Positions 14,866 through 22,900 of a stretch of DNA of 32,000 bases are shown here, piece by piece; position 1 is the first letter of the stretch; every line of letters starts with the position of its first letter. The translations under genes were made by a program, and so were the position numbers. The stretch is from Candidatus Saccharimonadota bacterium (GTDB lineage Bacteria; Patescibacteriota; Microgenomatia; UBA1406; GWC2-37-13): positions 300,001 to 332,000 of the forward strand of contig CP066689.1 of the NCBI GenBank assembly GCA_016432445.1. Direction: 5' to 3'. Below the pieces are notes generated by a model. The model was not told the DNA's origin. It saw nothing but the letters and a program-made list of their open reading frames with translations, and ran no database searches.

Positions 14866-15630
14866 TTATTTTAGTTCAACAATGATGGGGAAGTGATCGG
14901 AAGCTTTATGAGTGAGATCATTTTTTATAACAGAGTAATGTGCGTGGTGTGATAATAAAGAAGGAGAAATGAAAATATAGTCTAATCTCATTGGAGTCTG
15001 CGATAAATAATCATTTAAAGAGGTAGGCGCAGTAGCATCTTTATTTCGTTTCATTATTAAGGCAGAATCAACATATCCAACAGCCATCATTTTATTAATG
15101 GCGTCAAAACGAAGCTGACCGTCAGTAGTAAATTTTTTAGTTTGGATTTCATCAAAGCCTTCAATAATTTTATGATTGTAGTCATCATATTTCGAAAGTG
15201 AGTTCATATCTCCCATAAGTACACGATTTTTATATTGTTTTTGAAAGTCTAAAATAAGATTAATTTCAGGATGCCGTTGGTTTTCTGAGTAAGGAGTTAA
15301 ATGCAAGCTTGCAATAGAGATTTTTCCAAGTTCAGTTTCCACTAAAGCCACAATGCATGCCCTCATTAAAGGCTGCAGCTTATTAATGCTTAAGAAGGGA
15401 TACTTAGAAAAGACTGCGACATGGTAATCATACTCTCCCGACAATGATATATCATAATAAGGGAAACCTATTTCTTCAGCAATCTGTTTAAGAATAGCGC
15501 TATCATTTTCGGCAAAAGTATTAGCTTCATTTATTGTCAAATAATCAGGAGCTTCTTTTTTTATTACTTCTATGATCAAAGGCAGCCGTTCTTTTCCCCC
15601 ATCCAAAATATTGTAACTCATCAGTTTCAT
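14866..15630 (-). CDS. endonuclease/exonuclease/phosphatase (EEP) family protein
   Basis: MKLMSYNILDGG at the N-terminus and SDHFPIIVELK at the C-terminus are EEP hallmarks. Likely start is the ATG at 15630 or 15621. The ORF track extends to 15744. Confidence 0.8.
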   Translation of the reverse strand: MKLMSYNILDGGKERLPLIIEVIKKEAPDYLTINEANTFAENDSAILKQIAEEIGFPYYDISLSGEYDYHVAVFSKYPFLSINKLQPLMRACIVALVETELGKISIASLHLTPYSENQRHPEINLILDFQKQYKNRVLMGDMNSLSKYDDYNHKIIEGFDEIQTKKFTTDGQLRFDAINKMMAVGYVDSALIMKRNKDATAPTSLNDYLSQTPMRLDYIFISPSLLSHHAHYSVIKNDLTHKASDHFPIIVELK

Positions 15631-15687
15631 GAAGAAAGTATAGCAATTTGAATGTGAATAATTAAGGGGCTGTGTTAACATATATCT

Positions 15688-16014
15688 ATGTCTCAAACAG
15701 TTCTTGATAACCCAACTAATTTGGAGGAAGCCATTAATTATCATGAGGGGTCAGTGGTGAGCCGTGAAATATTTAAAAATAATAACGGATCTGCTACTTT
15801 ATTTGCTTTTGATAAGAATCAAGGTTTAAGCGCTCATAAAACTCCTTATGAAGCTTTAGTTTATGTTTTAGATGGAGAAATTAAAATAACGATTGATAAT
15901 AAAGAAAATAAACTCAAAAGGGGAGATATGATTCACATGCCAGCCAATGTTACTCATGCTTTAAAATCAGAAAAACAGTTTAAAATGCTGCTTATTATGA
16001 TTAAGTCAGCTTAA
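15688..16014 (+). CDS. cupin-domain protein
   Basis: 108 aa with GDMIHMPANVTHALKSE and the preceding G..H..P.EALVYVLDGE cupin motifs. Confidence 0.7.
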   Translation: MSQTVLDNPTNLEEAINYHEGSVVSREIFKNNNGSATLFAFDKNQGLSAHKTPYEALVYVLDGEIKITIDNKENKLKRGDMIHMPANVTHALKSEKQFKMLLIMIKSA

Positions 16015-16452
16015 TTTTTTGATTTTGGCTAAACTTTGTTCTCTTTCTTCTTCATTTACTGATTCATCTATCCATGGGTATAAAATCATTTCTTCTTTAT
16101 GATTATGATCTGATAAAATGGCTATCAACTGATTTTCCAGTTCTTCAGTTTTAAAGTCTTCTTTTTCAATTTTATTGATAATTTTTGCCAAATAATTTTT
16201 AATATCTTTATGTTCCTGACACATAACTTGAATCGGTCCATCTTGTTTTATTCCTGTTTTATCTTCGAATAATGGAAAAAGTATCTCTTCTTCCCAAACA
16301 ATATGTTGTTCAAGCCCACGTTTAAACTGCGAAAATGACTTTGTCGCTGAAGAAGATTTATTTTGCCTAAGCTTCTCATACTTCTTAAAGATAAGCTCCA
16401 ATCTATCATGATCACGAGACATAAAATCATTTATCGAGTTATTCATGGACAA
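16006..16452 (-). CDS. hemerythrin (HHE cation-binding) domain protein
   Basis: MSRDHDRLE, EQHIVWEEEILFP, CQEHKDI and HNHKEEMILYP give the His/Glu spacing typical of hemerythrin-like domains. Confidence 0.7.
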   Translation of the reverse strand: MSMNNSINDFMSRDHDRLELIFKKYEKLRQNKSSSATKSFSQFKRGLEQHIVWEEEILFPLFEDKTGIKQDGPIQVMCQEHKDIKNYLAKIINKIEKEDFKTEELENQLIAILSDHNHKEEMILYPWIDESVNEEEREQSLAKIKKLS

Positions 16453-16468
16453 AAATTATAGCATATCT

Positions 16469-16738
16469 TTATTTATTTTTGTGCCACTTATTATATAGCC
16501 AGATGACTGCATAAGTCGTAATCCAAGTAACTACGCTTATTGTAATAAGACCCCATACTGACGATGTCAGCGAAATTGAGGTTTCAGTTTTTAATACATT
16601 TAAATTTAAACTGTGTACCCAAGATTGGCCTATACTAAACAAAAAATCAGGGGCTACATAAGATAAAACCACACAGATGACGTAATATGCTGCAATTACT
16701 ACTGTGGTGGCATTTGCAAATGCTTTTACATTCAACAT
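16469..16738 (-). CDS. small two-helix membrane protein (paralog of 14598..14864)
   Basis: Strong SD AAAGGAGGTGA upstream. 89 aa with two TM segments and a C-terminal LYNKWHKNK. Confidence 0.6.
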   Translation of the reverse strand: MLNVKAFANATTVVIAAYYVICVVLSYVAPDFLFSIGQSWVHSLNLNVLKTETSISLTSSVWGLITISVVTWITTYAVIWLYNKWHKNK

Positions 16739-16837
16739 TTATTTCTCACCTCCTTTAGAATCTCTTATATTTACTATAAGTAAACAATAGTATTTATCTA
16801 CTGTCAATATAGGGTTTAGAGAAATAGTCAGTCTTGT

Positions 16838-16870
16838 GGATTTATGGTGAGCGAAGCAGAACCTTATTAC
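16838..16870 (+). repeat. GAGCGAAGC-core dispersed repeat
   Basis: GGATTTATGGTGAGCGAAGCAGAACCTTATTAC aligns with the copies at 17852 and 19313 (TTTA..TGAGCGAAGC.GAA..ATTA). Confidence 0.5.
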
Positions 16871-17007
16871 TAGAGCAAAGTAGTAATTTTAATGGTATAA
16901 TTGATAATAACTAAATAGTTTGAATTCATGCTGATTAGTAAAAGAAAAAATATATTTCTTCCTACTCAATAATACTTCTTACTAAGCAGTTGAAATTAAA
17001 TACTTAT

Positions 17008-17301
17008 ATGTCAAAAAAAATATACATAGGAAAACTGCCAGACAAGATTACCGATAAACAACTATCTGATATTTTTTCAAAAATCGGAAGAGTTATATCT
17101 CTCAAAATTATTAAAGTTATTAGCTTCCAAGATAATATGAACTATGGTTATGTACAAATGGATACCGATGATAATTCAAATAAAGCAATAAAAACATTAA
17201 ATAATTCACTACTTGAAGGAAGCCGCATTAAAGTTATGGAAGCGCATTTTTTAGATAAAGAAAAACAAGAGCATCCTTATTGGAAAAAACGCAGATTTTA
17301 A
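17008..17301 (+). CDS. RRM-type RNA-binding protein
   Basis: RNP-2 KIYIGKL and RNP-1 NYGYVQM, followed by a basic tail. Likely ATG at 17008. The ORF track starts at a TTG at 16990. Confidence 0.75.
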   Translation: MSKKIYIGKLPDKITDKQLSDIFSKIGRVISLKIIKVISFQDNMNYGYVQMDTDDNSNKAIKTLNNSLLEGSRIKVMEAHFLDKEKQEHPYWKKRRF

Positions 17302-17317
17302 TCAATAAATAACAAAT

Positions 17318-17575
17318 ATGAAAAAAGCATATAGCAATCCATGTATTCGTTGCGGAACCGAACGAATAATATTAAAAACTTGGAAAGAGAAAATATATGA
17401 TTCCACAGTCATTAATACAGAAACAGTTTGTCCTAATCGTGAGTGCCAAAAAAAAGTAAATTCAGATAATAAAAAACAACAAGATAAATATATTGCCCTG
17501 AAATTAAGAAGTGAACAAAGAGCAATAGATAGAAGAATAACTAAAGATGCAGAAAAAGCATTAAAAAAAGGCTAG
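17318..17575 (+). CDS. small zinc-ribbon protein with a Lys-rich tail
   Basis: 85 aa with CIRCG...CPNRECQ (CxxC...CxxxC) followed by a basic C-terminus. Confidence 0.5.
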   Translation: MKKAYSNPCIRCGTERIILKTWKEKIYDSTVINTETVCPNRECQKKVNSDNKKQQDKYIALKLRSEQRAIDRRITKDAEKALKKG

Positions 17576-17578
17576 GCG

Positions 17579-17761
17579 TTAGTAGTTGTTTTTTTGAAAA
17601 TTAATTCTTGTCAGTTCGTTAATTGATAAAGCAAAGCAATCATAACAGCCGTCTATCCATTGATTGCGATAAAATACTTCAGTTTTTTTTGAGGAAATGA
17701 TTTCTTTCTTACAAAACGGGCAATGATATTTTAAATGGTTATTTTTTGATAATTTTTTCAT
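17579..17761 (-). CDS. small zinc-ribbon protein
   Basis: 60 aa with CPFC...CYDC (two CxxC pairs). Confidence 0.4.
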   Translation of the reverse strand: MKKLSKNNHLKYHCPFCKKEIISSKKTEVFYRNQWIDGCYDCFALSINELTRINFQKNNY

Positions 17762-17851
17762 TGATCTTTCTTTTCACAAGTATACTCTTTTTTTCCTCTA
17801 AAGTGCTGCTAATTATTCTTTAAAAAGAGGCGTTTTAGTAAAATTGTATCA

Positions 17852-17900
17852 AGGCTAGTTTACCCTGAGCGAAGCCGAAGGATTAAATATGTTGGAATTT
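17852..17900 (+). repeat. GAGCGAAGC-core dispersed repeat
   Basis: AGGCTAGTTTACCCTGAGCGAAGCCGAAGGATTAAATATGTTGGAATTT. About 90 percent identical to 19313-19357. Confidence 0.7.
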
Positions 17901-17924
17901 ATTACAAGGAAGGATATATATTGT

Positions 17925-19226
17925 TTAATGCTTTTTCCTGATTTTACTTAAAGGTATTACTAAGACTTTATCTACTCTATTAGCATCCATATCTATCACC
18001 TCAAAACGAAACGGTTCCATTTCAAAACTGTCACCAGCAACTGGTATTCTGCCTACTTTAGTCATTACCAATCCTCCAATTGAGTGGAAATTATTAGACT
18101 TCTCACCAGGTATTTTTTTAATTTTAAAGTAATCTTTAAACTCATCTATGGTAACCAAGCCATCCACGAGATATGAGCCATCTTCCCGTTTTACAATATC
18201 TTTTTCTTCTTCTTTTTCTGCTTTTGGTATCTCTCCTACAATTGCTTCAAGGATATCCTGCAGCCAAACTAAACCTTGGATACTGCCATATTCATCAACT
18301 ATTAGTGCCATATGGACACCTGTTTTTTTAAACTGTTCCAGGACATGCAAAGTGTCCGTACTTTCAGGAACAAAAAGTGGTTTAAGCAAAACATTATTTA
18401 AATTTATTTTCCCTTCAACCAGAAAATCAGATAGAATGTCTTCTGTTCTGATAAGACCTATTACTTTATCCAGAGAACCGCGGCAGACGGGATAATAAGA
18501 GTGAGTATCAGATACGATCTTATTTCTGATACTCTCAAATGTGTCATCAATATCTATCCAGACAATATCATTTCGAGGCGTCATAAGTTTATTAACTTTT
18601 TTATCCGCAACTTTGAATATCCTTTCCAAGATATCCTTTTCAGCTAACTTTAATATTCCTATTCTTGCTCCTTCTTTTATAAGCGCTCTGATTTCTTCTT
18701 CGCTAATTGGCGCTTCTTTTAATGATTTTATTCTGAGTAATTTCATTATCCAATCAGTAGATATACTTAAAAGAGTAACTAGAGGTGAAGAAAAATTAGA
18801 TAAAAAGTTCATAGGTCCGGCTATAAATGATGCTACTTTTTCAGGATTACTTAAAGCCAATCGTTTAGGAACAATCTCTCCAATTACAAGCGTGAGATAA
18901 GTAATAACGGCAACTACTATAGTAAGTGCTAAAGCATCACTGTAAGGATCAAGAAAAGGAAAAACATCAAATTGTTTGGATAAAGATTCTGCGATTGTTG
19001 CTCCTCCAAATACTCCGGCAAAAATACCTATAGATGTAATGCCTATTTGTATAGTAGATAATAAGCGGATGGGATTATTTGCCAGATCAAGAGCGATTTT
19101 TGCATTTTTATCTCCCTCATTTGCCTTGTGTTGAAGGCGGCTTTTTCTTGCTGTAACTATAGCTATTTCAGCCATAGCAAAAATACCATTCAATACTATA
19201 AGTAATAGAATAAAAAATATTTCCAT
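17925..19226 (-). CDS. CNNM/HlyC-family membrane protein (DUF21-CBS pair-CorC_HlyC)
   Basis: 433 aa. N-terminal four-helix DUF21 region (AEIAIVTARKSRL), a CBS pair, and a C-terminal CorC/HlyC domain (DGSYLVDG..DEF). Confidence 0.85.
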   Translation of the reverse strand: MEIFFILLLIVLNGIFAMAEIAIVTARKSRLQHKANEGDKNAKIALDLANNPIRLLSTIQIGITSIGIFAGVFGGATIAESLSKQFDVFPFLDPYSDALALTIVVAVITYLTLVIGEIVPKRLALSNPEKVASFIAGPMNFLSNFSSPLVTLLSISTDWIMKLLRIKSLKEAPISEEEIRALIKEGARIGILKLAEKDILERIFKVADKKVNKLMTPRNDIVWIDIDDTFESIRNKIVSDTHSYYPVCRGSLDKVIGLIRTEDILSDFLVEGKINLNNVLLKPLFVPESTDTLHVLEQFKKTGVHMALIVDEYGSIQGLVWLQDILEAIVGEIPKAEKEEEKDIVKREDGSYLVDGLVTIDEFKDYFKIKKIPGEKSNNFHSIGGLVMTKVGRIPVAGDSFEMEPFRFEVIDMDANRVDKVLVIPLSKIRKKH

Positions 19227-19312
19227 AGATTAATTTCCTTATCTTCAAGCCCTGTTATATTATAACAAAGCGAAGCTGTAGACGTACGTTCTAACTGTTG
19301 TGAATCAAGTCC

Positions 19313-19357
19313 AGGCTGGTTTACCATGAGCGTAGCCGAAGGATTGAATATGTTATC
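19313..19357 (+). repeat. GAGCGAAGC-core dispersed repeat (GCGTAGC variant)
   Basis: AGGCTGGTTTACCATGAGCGTAGCCGAAGGATTGAATATGTTATCTTA. A direct-repeat partner of 17852-17900 that flanks the CNNM gene. Confidence 0.7.
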
Positions 19358-19406
19358 TTAACTGTAGCTTGTTTTTTTTAAAAAACGTTAAACAAAATAA
19401 AATATT

Positions 19407-20006
19407 TTATAATTTCGATGTCAGTCTTTGTCTTTTTCTTCTTGCTAATTCTGATCGCTGTTCAGGTGTTAATTTTTCTTCATAAAAAGTATTTCGTCTT
19501 TCTGTTCTTTTTTGAACCCAATCTACTAAACTAGGTCTGTTGTCCATTTCATCAAGCGCAAGTTCCAAAGCACCAATCGAGAGAATTGTATCAATTAAGG
19601 TATATTCTGCTACAAATTTGGCAATTTTTTCAGGATCATTGGGTAAGGCGCTTAAACGAACTTCTTCATTTACTCCTCCTTTGATTATTTCTTCAGCTTT
19701 AAGTTTACTTTTGGCCAAAACAACCAAAGCCGAAGCGCCAGTATAATTTTCCCTTACCAAACCAGCACAATAATATTCGGATAAATCATTTGGAGTTAAT
19801 CCAGCTTCCTCTTTAAGCTCTCTCTCAAATGTCATAAAAGGGTCAATAATTCCATCTCTTGCATCAGTCGGGTCAATAAAACCGACAGGTACAGAGACCA
19901 TGTTTCCAGGATGTAAATTACCGGCTTTTCTTTGGGCTAAAATTACTTGATTATCGACAGATAAAAGGACACCACATATACCAAAAGCGGTGCCTAACCC
20001 TTTCAC
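19407..20006 (-). CDS. Nudix-fold protein, C-terminal part of a split gene
   Basis: REUxEExGU core ERELKEEAGL. GTG start. In the same frame as 20010..20327, separated only by TAA plus one codon. Confidence 0.6.
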   Translation of the reverse strand: MKGLGTAFGICGVLLSVDNQVILAQRKAGNLHPGNMVSVPVGFIDPTDARDGIIDPFMTFERELKEEAGLTPNDLSEYYCAGLVRENYTGASALVVLAKSKLKAEEIIKGGVNEEVRLSALPNDPEKIAKFVAEYTLIDTILSIGALELALDEMDNRPSLVDWVQKRTERRNTFYEEKLTPEQRSELARRKRQRLTSKL

Positions 20007-20009
20007 TTC

Positions 20010-20327
20010 TTATCCTCTTTTTTTAAGATATAACAGCCTTACTCCAATATGAGTTTTGAAATCAGTTGGAGATACACTAAGCTGTAATAAACCGTTTTCT
20101 TTTAATTCAAAATTTTTTAAATTTACAAGTGATCCGTTAAATAATTCCGGATTCTTATCAGATTGTTTTCTCCAATTTTCGTCAATAAAAGTAGTTTCTT
20201 CTAGTGAAAAGGTGATTGGAACAGGAAGACTGACGACTGAAATTTGTTCTGGAGCAAATCTACCCTTGATTAAAATTTTACAAGGTGGGAGACCTTTTCT
20301 TTCGGATGTTGCTTCCATTTCTACCAT
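20010..20327 (-). CDS. N-terminal part of the split Nudix gene
   Basis: 105 aa with ..ELFNGSLVNLKNFELKENGLLQLSVSPTDFKTHIG.., which resembles the N-terminal domain found fused to Nudix domains in single polypeptides. Ends at TAA 20010-20012. Confidence 0.5.
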   Translation of the reverse strand: MVEMEATSERKGLPPCKILIKGRFAPEQISVVSLPVPITFSLEETTFIDENWRKQSDKNPELFNGSLVNLKNFELKENGLLQLSVSPTDFKTHIGVRLLYLKKRG

Positions 20328-20334
20328 TCATACA

Positions 20335-20967
20335 TTATATATAATCTATGCCTTCAACTTCTTTCAAAAAAAAATCAACGCCATCTGATTCAATAATAAT
20401 ATATCCAGCATTTTTAAATGTGCCTGGAGTCAGTTTTCCATGTTCTGCGTAGCCAAGCTTCGTTAGAAATGTTCTAATATTTCCGCCATGAGTTACGATT
20501 AGGATTGTTTTTCCTTGATAGGCTATTGCTATTTCACGAAGAAAAGTTATAAAGCGGATTACTAATCCTTCATCGCTTTCGTATCCTTTGGCAAATTTAA
20601 ATTTCCATTTCTGATCTGTGGCAAGCTTTTTATATTTTTCAAGGAGATGTTTTGTTTTTTCAGTATATTCATTACCCATGCTGCCATCATGTTCCCCAAA
20701 TGTTCTTTCTCTTAAGGCTTTGCTTGTCATAACTTCTAACTTTTTCTCAAGTGCAATGATCTTAGCAGTATGTTTTGCTCGCAAAAGATCAGATGAATAA
20801 ACGGCGTCAAAATGAACGTCTTTAAGTTTTTGAGCAGTTTGTTTTGCTTCTTGTTTACCCTGCTTTGTTAATGGAGAATCAAGATGACCTTGAATCTTAT
20901 GTAAAACATTCCATTCTGTTTGTCCATGACGGACAATATAAAAAGTGGTTAATTGGTTTCCCTTCAC
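20335..20967 (-). CDS. histidine phosphatase family protein (phosphoglycerate mutase-like)
   Basis: The catalytic motif FYIVRHGQTEWN at the N-terminus and a later TILIVTHGGNIR block. Confidence 0.85.
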   Translation of the reverse strand: MKGNQLTTFYIVRHGQTEWNVLHKIQGHLDSPLTKQGKQEAKQTAQKLKDVHFDAVYSSDLLRAKHTAKIIALEKKLEVMTSKALRERTFGEHDGSMGNEYTEKTKHLLEKYKKLATDQKWKFKFAKGYESDEGLVIRFITFLREIAIAYQGKTILIVTHGGNIRTFLTKLGYAEHGKLTPGTFKNAGYIIIESDGVDFFLKEVEGIDYI

Positions 20968-21004
20968 ATATAAATTATATCATCATAAGTTCACACGGGC
21001 CTTA

Positions 21005-21060
21005 TGTAGATCGGATCGTTACGAAGCGGATCCTGTTGATTAAATATGTTAGGATTTTTT
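21005..21060 (+). repeat. diverged member of the GAGCGAAGC/ATTAAATATGTT repeat family
   Basis: ..CGTTACGAAGCGGATCCTGTTGATTAAATATGTTAGGATTTTTT shares GTTAC, GAAGC.GA and GATTAAATATGTT.GGA.TTT with 17852-17900. Confidence 0.45.
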
Positions 21061-21063
21061 AAG

Positions 21064-21348
21064 TTATTGGATAAATGTTGCTAAAGGCCAAAAAGGAAGA
21101 GTAATAATAAGAATTACTCCAAGTAAACCTATCTTATTTCTTTTCAAAATAATAATAGAAGCGATAATACCAAATATTTCCGGAGGAATAGTCACATAAT
21201 TACAATAAGGTTTGCACCAAAGATGAGGTCTATGCAAAATATCGGTAAGAGGATTATAGATATTAAATATTTGAAAGAGGTCTCTTATGAGATGATAAGA
21301 GAAAATTAACAAAAGGAATACGAAAAATATTCGAAACCCATTATGCAT
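21064..21348 (-). CDS. small integral membrane protein
   Basis: 94-aa ORF with three hydrophobic segments. No family recognised. Confidence 0.5.
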   Translation of the reverse strand: MHNGFRIFFVFLLLIFSYHLIRDLFQIFNIYNPLTDILHRPHLWCKPYCNYVTIPPEIFGIIASIIILKRNKIGLLGVILIITLPFWPLATFIQ

Positions 21349-21357
21349 TAAAGGTTA

Positions 21358-21639
21358 TTATACTATTAAATTTATTTCTTCTAAGCTTTCCTTTAACACA
21401 ATCCTTAAAGTTTTTTTACCAGCTGTTGTTTTGAAATATTTTTCACGTCGTGTGGCATCGTGTTTAGATAGAAAATATTCACAAAATAATAAAGTGAAAG
21501 GTCTTCGCATTTCTGTTGCTAGAGAGTTTCCGTGGATATAAGAAGTTAATCGTTGATTAAGATTAGTGGTGTAACCAATATAAAAGTTTAAATCTTTTAA
21601 GGAATAAAGGACGTAAACGCAGTACAGAAGTTTCTTCAT
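21358..21639 (-). CDS. GIY-YIG small nuclease
   Basis: 93 aa. Motifs CVYVLYS..NFYIGYT, NQRLTSY and TRREKYFK. Located 215 nt downstream of tRNA-Tyr on the same strand. Confidence 0.75.
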   Translation of the reverse strand: MKKLLYCVYVLYSLKDLNFYIGYTTNLNQRLTSYIHGNSLATEMRRPFTLLFCEYFLSKHDATRREKYFKTTAGKKTLRIVLKESLEEINLIV

Positions 21640-21854
21640 AAGCCTAAGGTTAAAAGTAAATACTTTATAAGTGAATGGAGTATAAGCAACAAAGTTTACT
21701 AAATTGGATCTTTGATTCTAAGAGACATTATGTGCCCTGTAGTAGAGCAAAGCTCTGAAGCAAAATATAATTGACTCATAAAGAGACATTTAGGTGGTGA
21801 AGTAGATCGAAGATCACTTCACCACACTGAAGCGAGCTCCGCTCTGCTTCAGTG

Positions 21855-21937
21855 TCCAGAGGGGAGGATTCGAACCTCCGTAGGGTTACCCCGCTAGATT
21901 TACAGTCTAGTGCGATTGGCCGCTCCGCCACCTCTGG
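21855..21937 (-). tRNA. tRNA-Tyr, anticodon GUA, with C1-G72 and a long variable arm
   Basis: Minus-strand read: CCAGAGG TG GCGG-AGCGGCCAA-TCGC A CTAGA-CTGTAAA-TCTAG CGGGGTAACCCTAC GGAGG-TTCGAAT-CCTCC CCTCTGG A. All stems are perfect apart from one G-U. Confidence 0.85.
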
Positions 21938-21959
21938 TTTGAACTAATATTATAGCATT

Positions 21960-22463
21960 TTAACCCACTATTTTCTTCTCAATTTGTTCAACTGTCAGGG
22001 TAGAATCAATAAAAGTTAATCCATGTTGTTTGGCCTCCTCATGTACTGAAGGGAGCCATTTAGCAACTTCATCTCTTTCATCCGATTTTTTTCCAAAATC
22101 ATTATTTCTTGCTGGATTTACTAATCGTTCATTAACTTTTTCTTCAGGCAAATATAAATAAAATGCTTTGTCAAAAAGATCAATCATTTCATAAACATTT
22201 TCCGAAAATCCAAATAAAAATAAATCTTTTTTATCAGCTAAAAAATCTTCTAAAAAGTTTCTATGCCACATAAATTTATGGTTTTTATACCAATCGATGT
22301 TTGAGTTATCTGGTTTTATAATCTGTTTTCCATCTTTTGTGCTCCAGTAAAATAATCCTTCAACCTTATCAGAATCATAAGCTGGATAACCTTTTTCTTT
22401 AAGTTTTTCAGATAAATATGTTTTTCCCGAGCCGGGCGGTCCAATTACAATAACCTTACTCAT
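21960..22463 (-). CDS. P-loop NTPase, nucleoside/nucleotide kinase-like
   Basis: Walker A VIVIGPPGSGKTYL right after the likely ATG at 22461-22463 (MSKVIVIG..). The ORF track extends to 22562. Confidence 0.6.
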   Translation of the reverse strand: MSKVIVIGPPGSGKTYLSEKLKEKGYPAYDSDKVEGLFYWSTKDGKQIIKPDNSNIDWYKNHKFMWHRNFLEDFLADKKDLFLFGFSENVYEMIDLFDKAFYLYLPEEKVNERLVNPARNNDFGKKSDERDEVAKWLPSVHEEAKQHGLTFIDSTLTVEQIEKKIVG

Positions 22464-22536
22464 ATAAAAATTATACCTGGAAAACTTGCATTTGATCAAA
22501 TAGCATGAGTTGGGGAGAAATAGTGTATTATTAAGT

Positions 22537-22881
22537 ATGACAGCTAAAACTAATAGTAACAAATTTACTATCTATTTAATAATTGCTCTTTTGGTTGGAG
22601 GGCTAGCTGGCTACATAATTGGTCAAAACAGCAGCCCTTTTTCACGAGGCTACATGAATGAAACTGCTTCAATGATGAAAGATAACGGCTCAGGCATGAT
22701 GCAAATGGGAAGGATGATGATCGATAGCGGCCAGATGATGCAGGAAAAGAGTAAAACTTATAATGATTCAGAGATGATGCAAAAGGGTAAAGACCTTGAG
22801 ATTAATGGATCAATGATGCAGCAGAAGGGCGGCGCCATGATGGAGAGAGGAAGCGGTATGGGAAAAATGATGGGACAATAA
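22537..22881 (+). CDS. membrane-anchored Met-rich protein (putative metal-binding)
   Basis: One N-terminal TM helix, then about 75 residues containing eight MM dipeptides in a repeating xMMQxxG pattern. Likely ATG at 22537. Confidence 0.6.
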   Translation: MTAKTNSNKFTIYLIIALLVGGLAGYIIGQNSSPFSRGYMNETASMMKDNGSGMMQMGRMMIDSGQMMQEKSKTYNDSEMMQKGKDLEINGSMMQQKGGAMMERGSGMGKMMGQ

Positions 22882-22900
22882 ATTAACTACTATTTGAATT

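Noticed and set aside
18148-18900. Plus-strand ORFs of 115 and 119 aa inside the CNNM/HlyC gene
   Set aside because: They are antisense to a well-supported 433-aa gene. They are Ser/Ile-rich shadow ORFs with no motifs.
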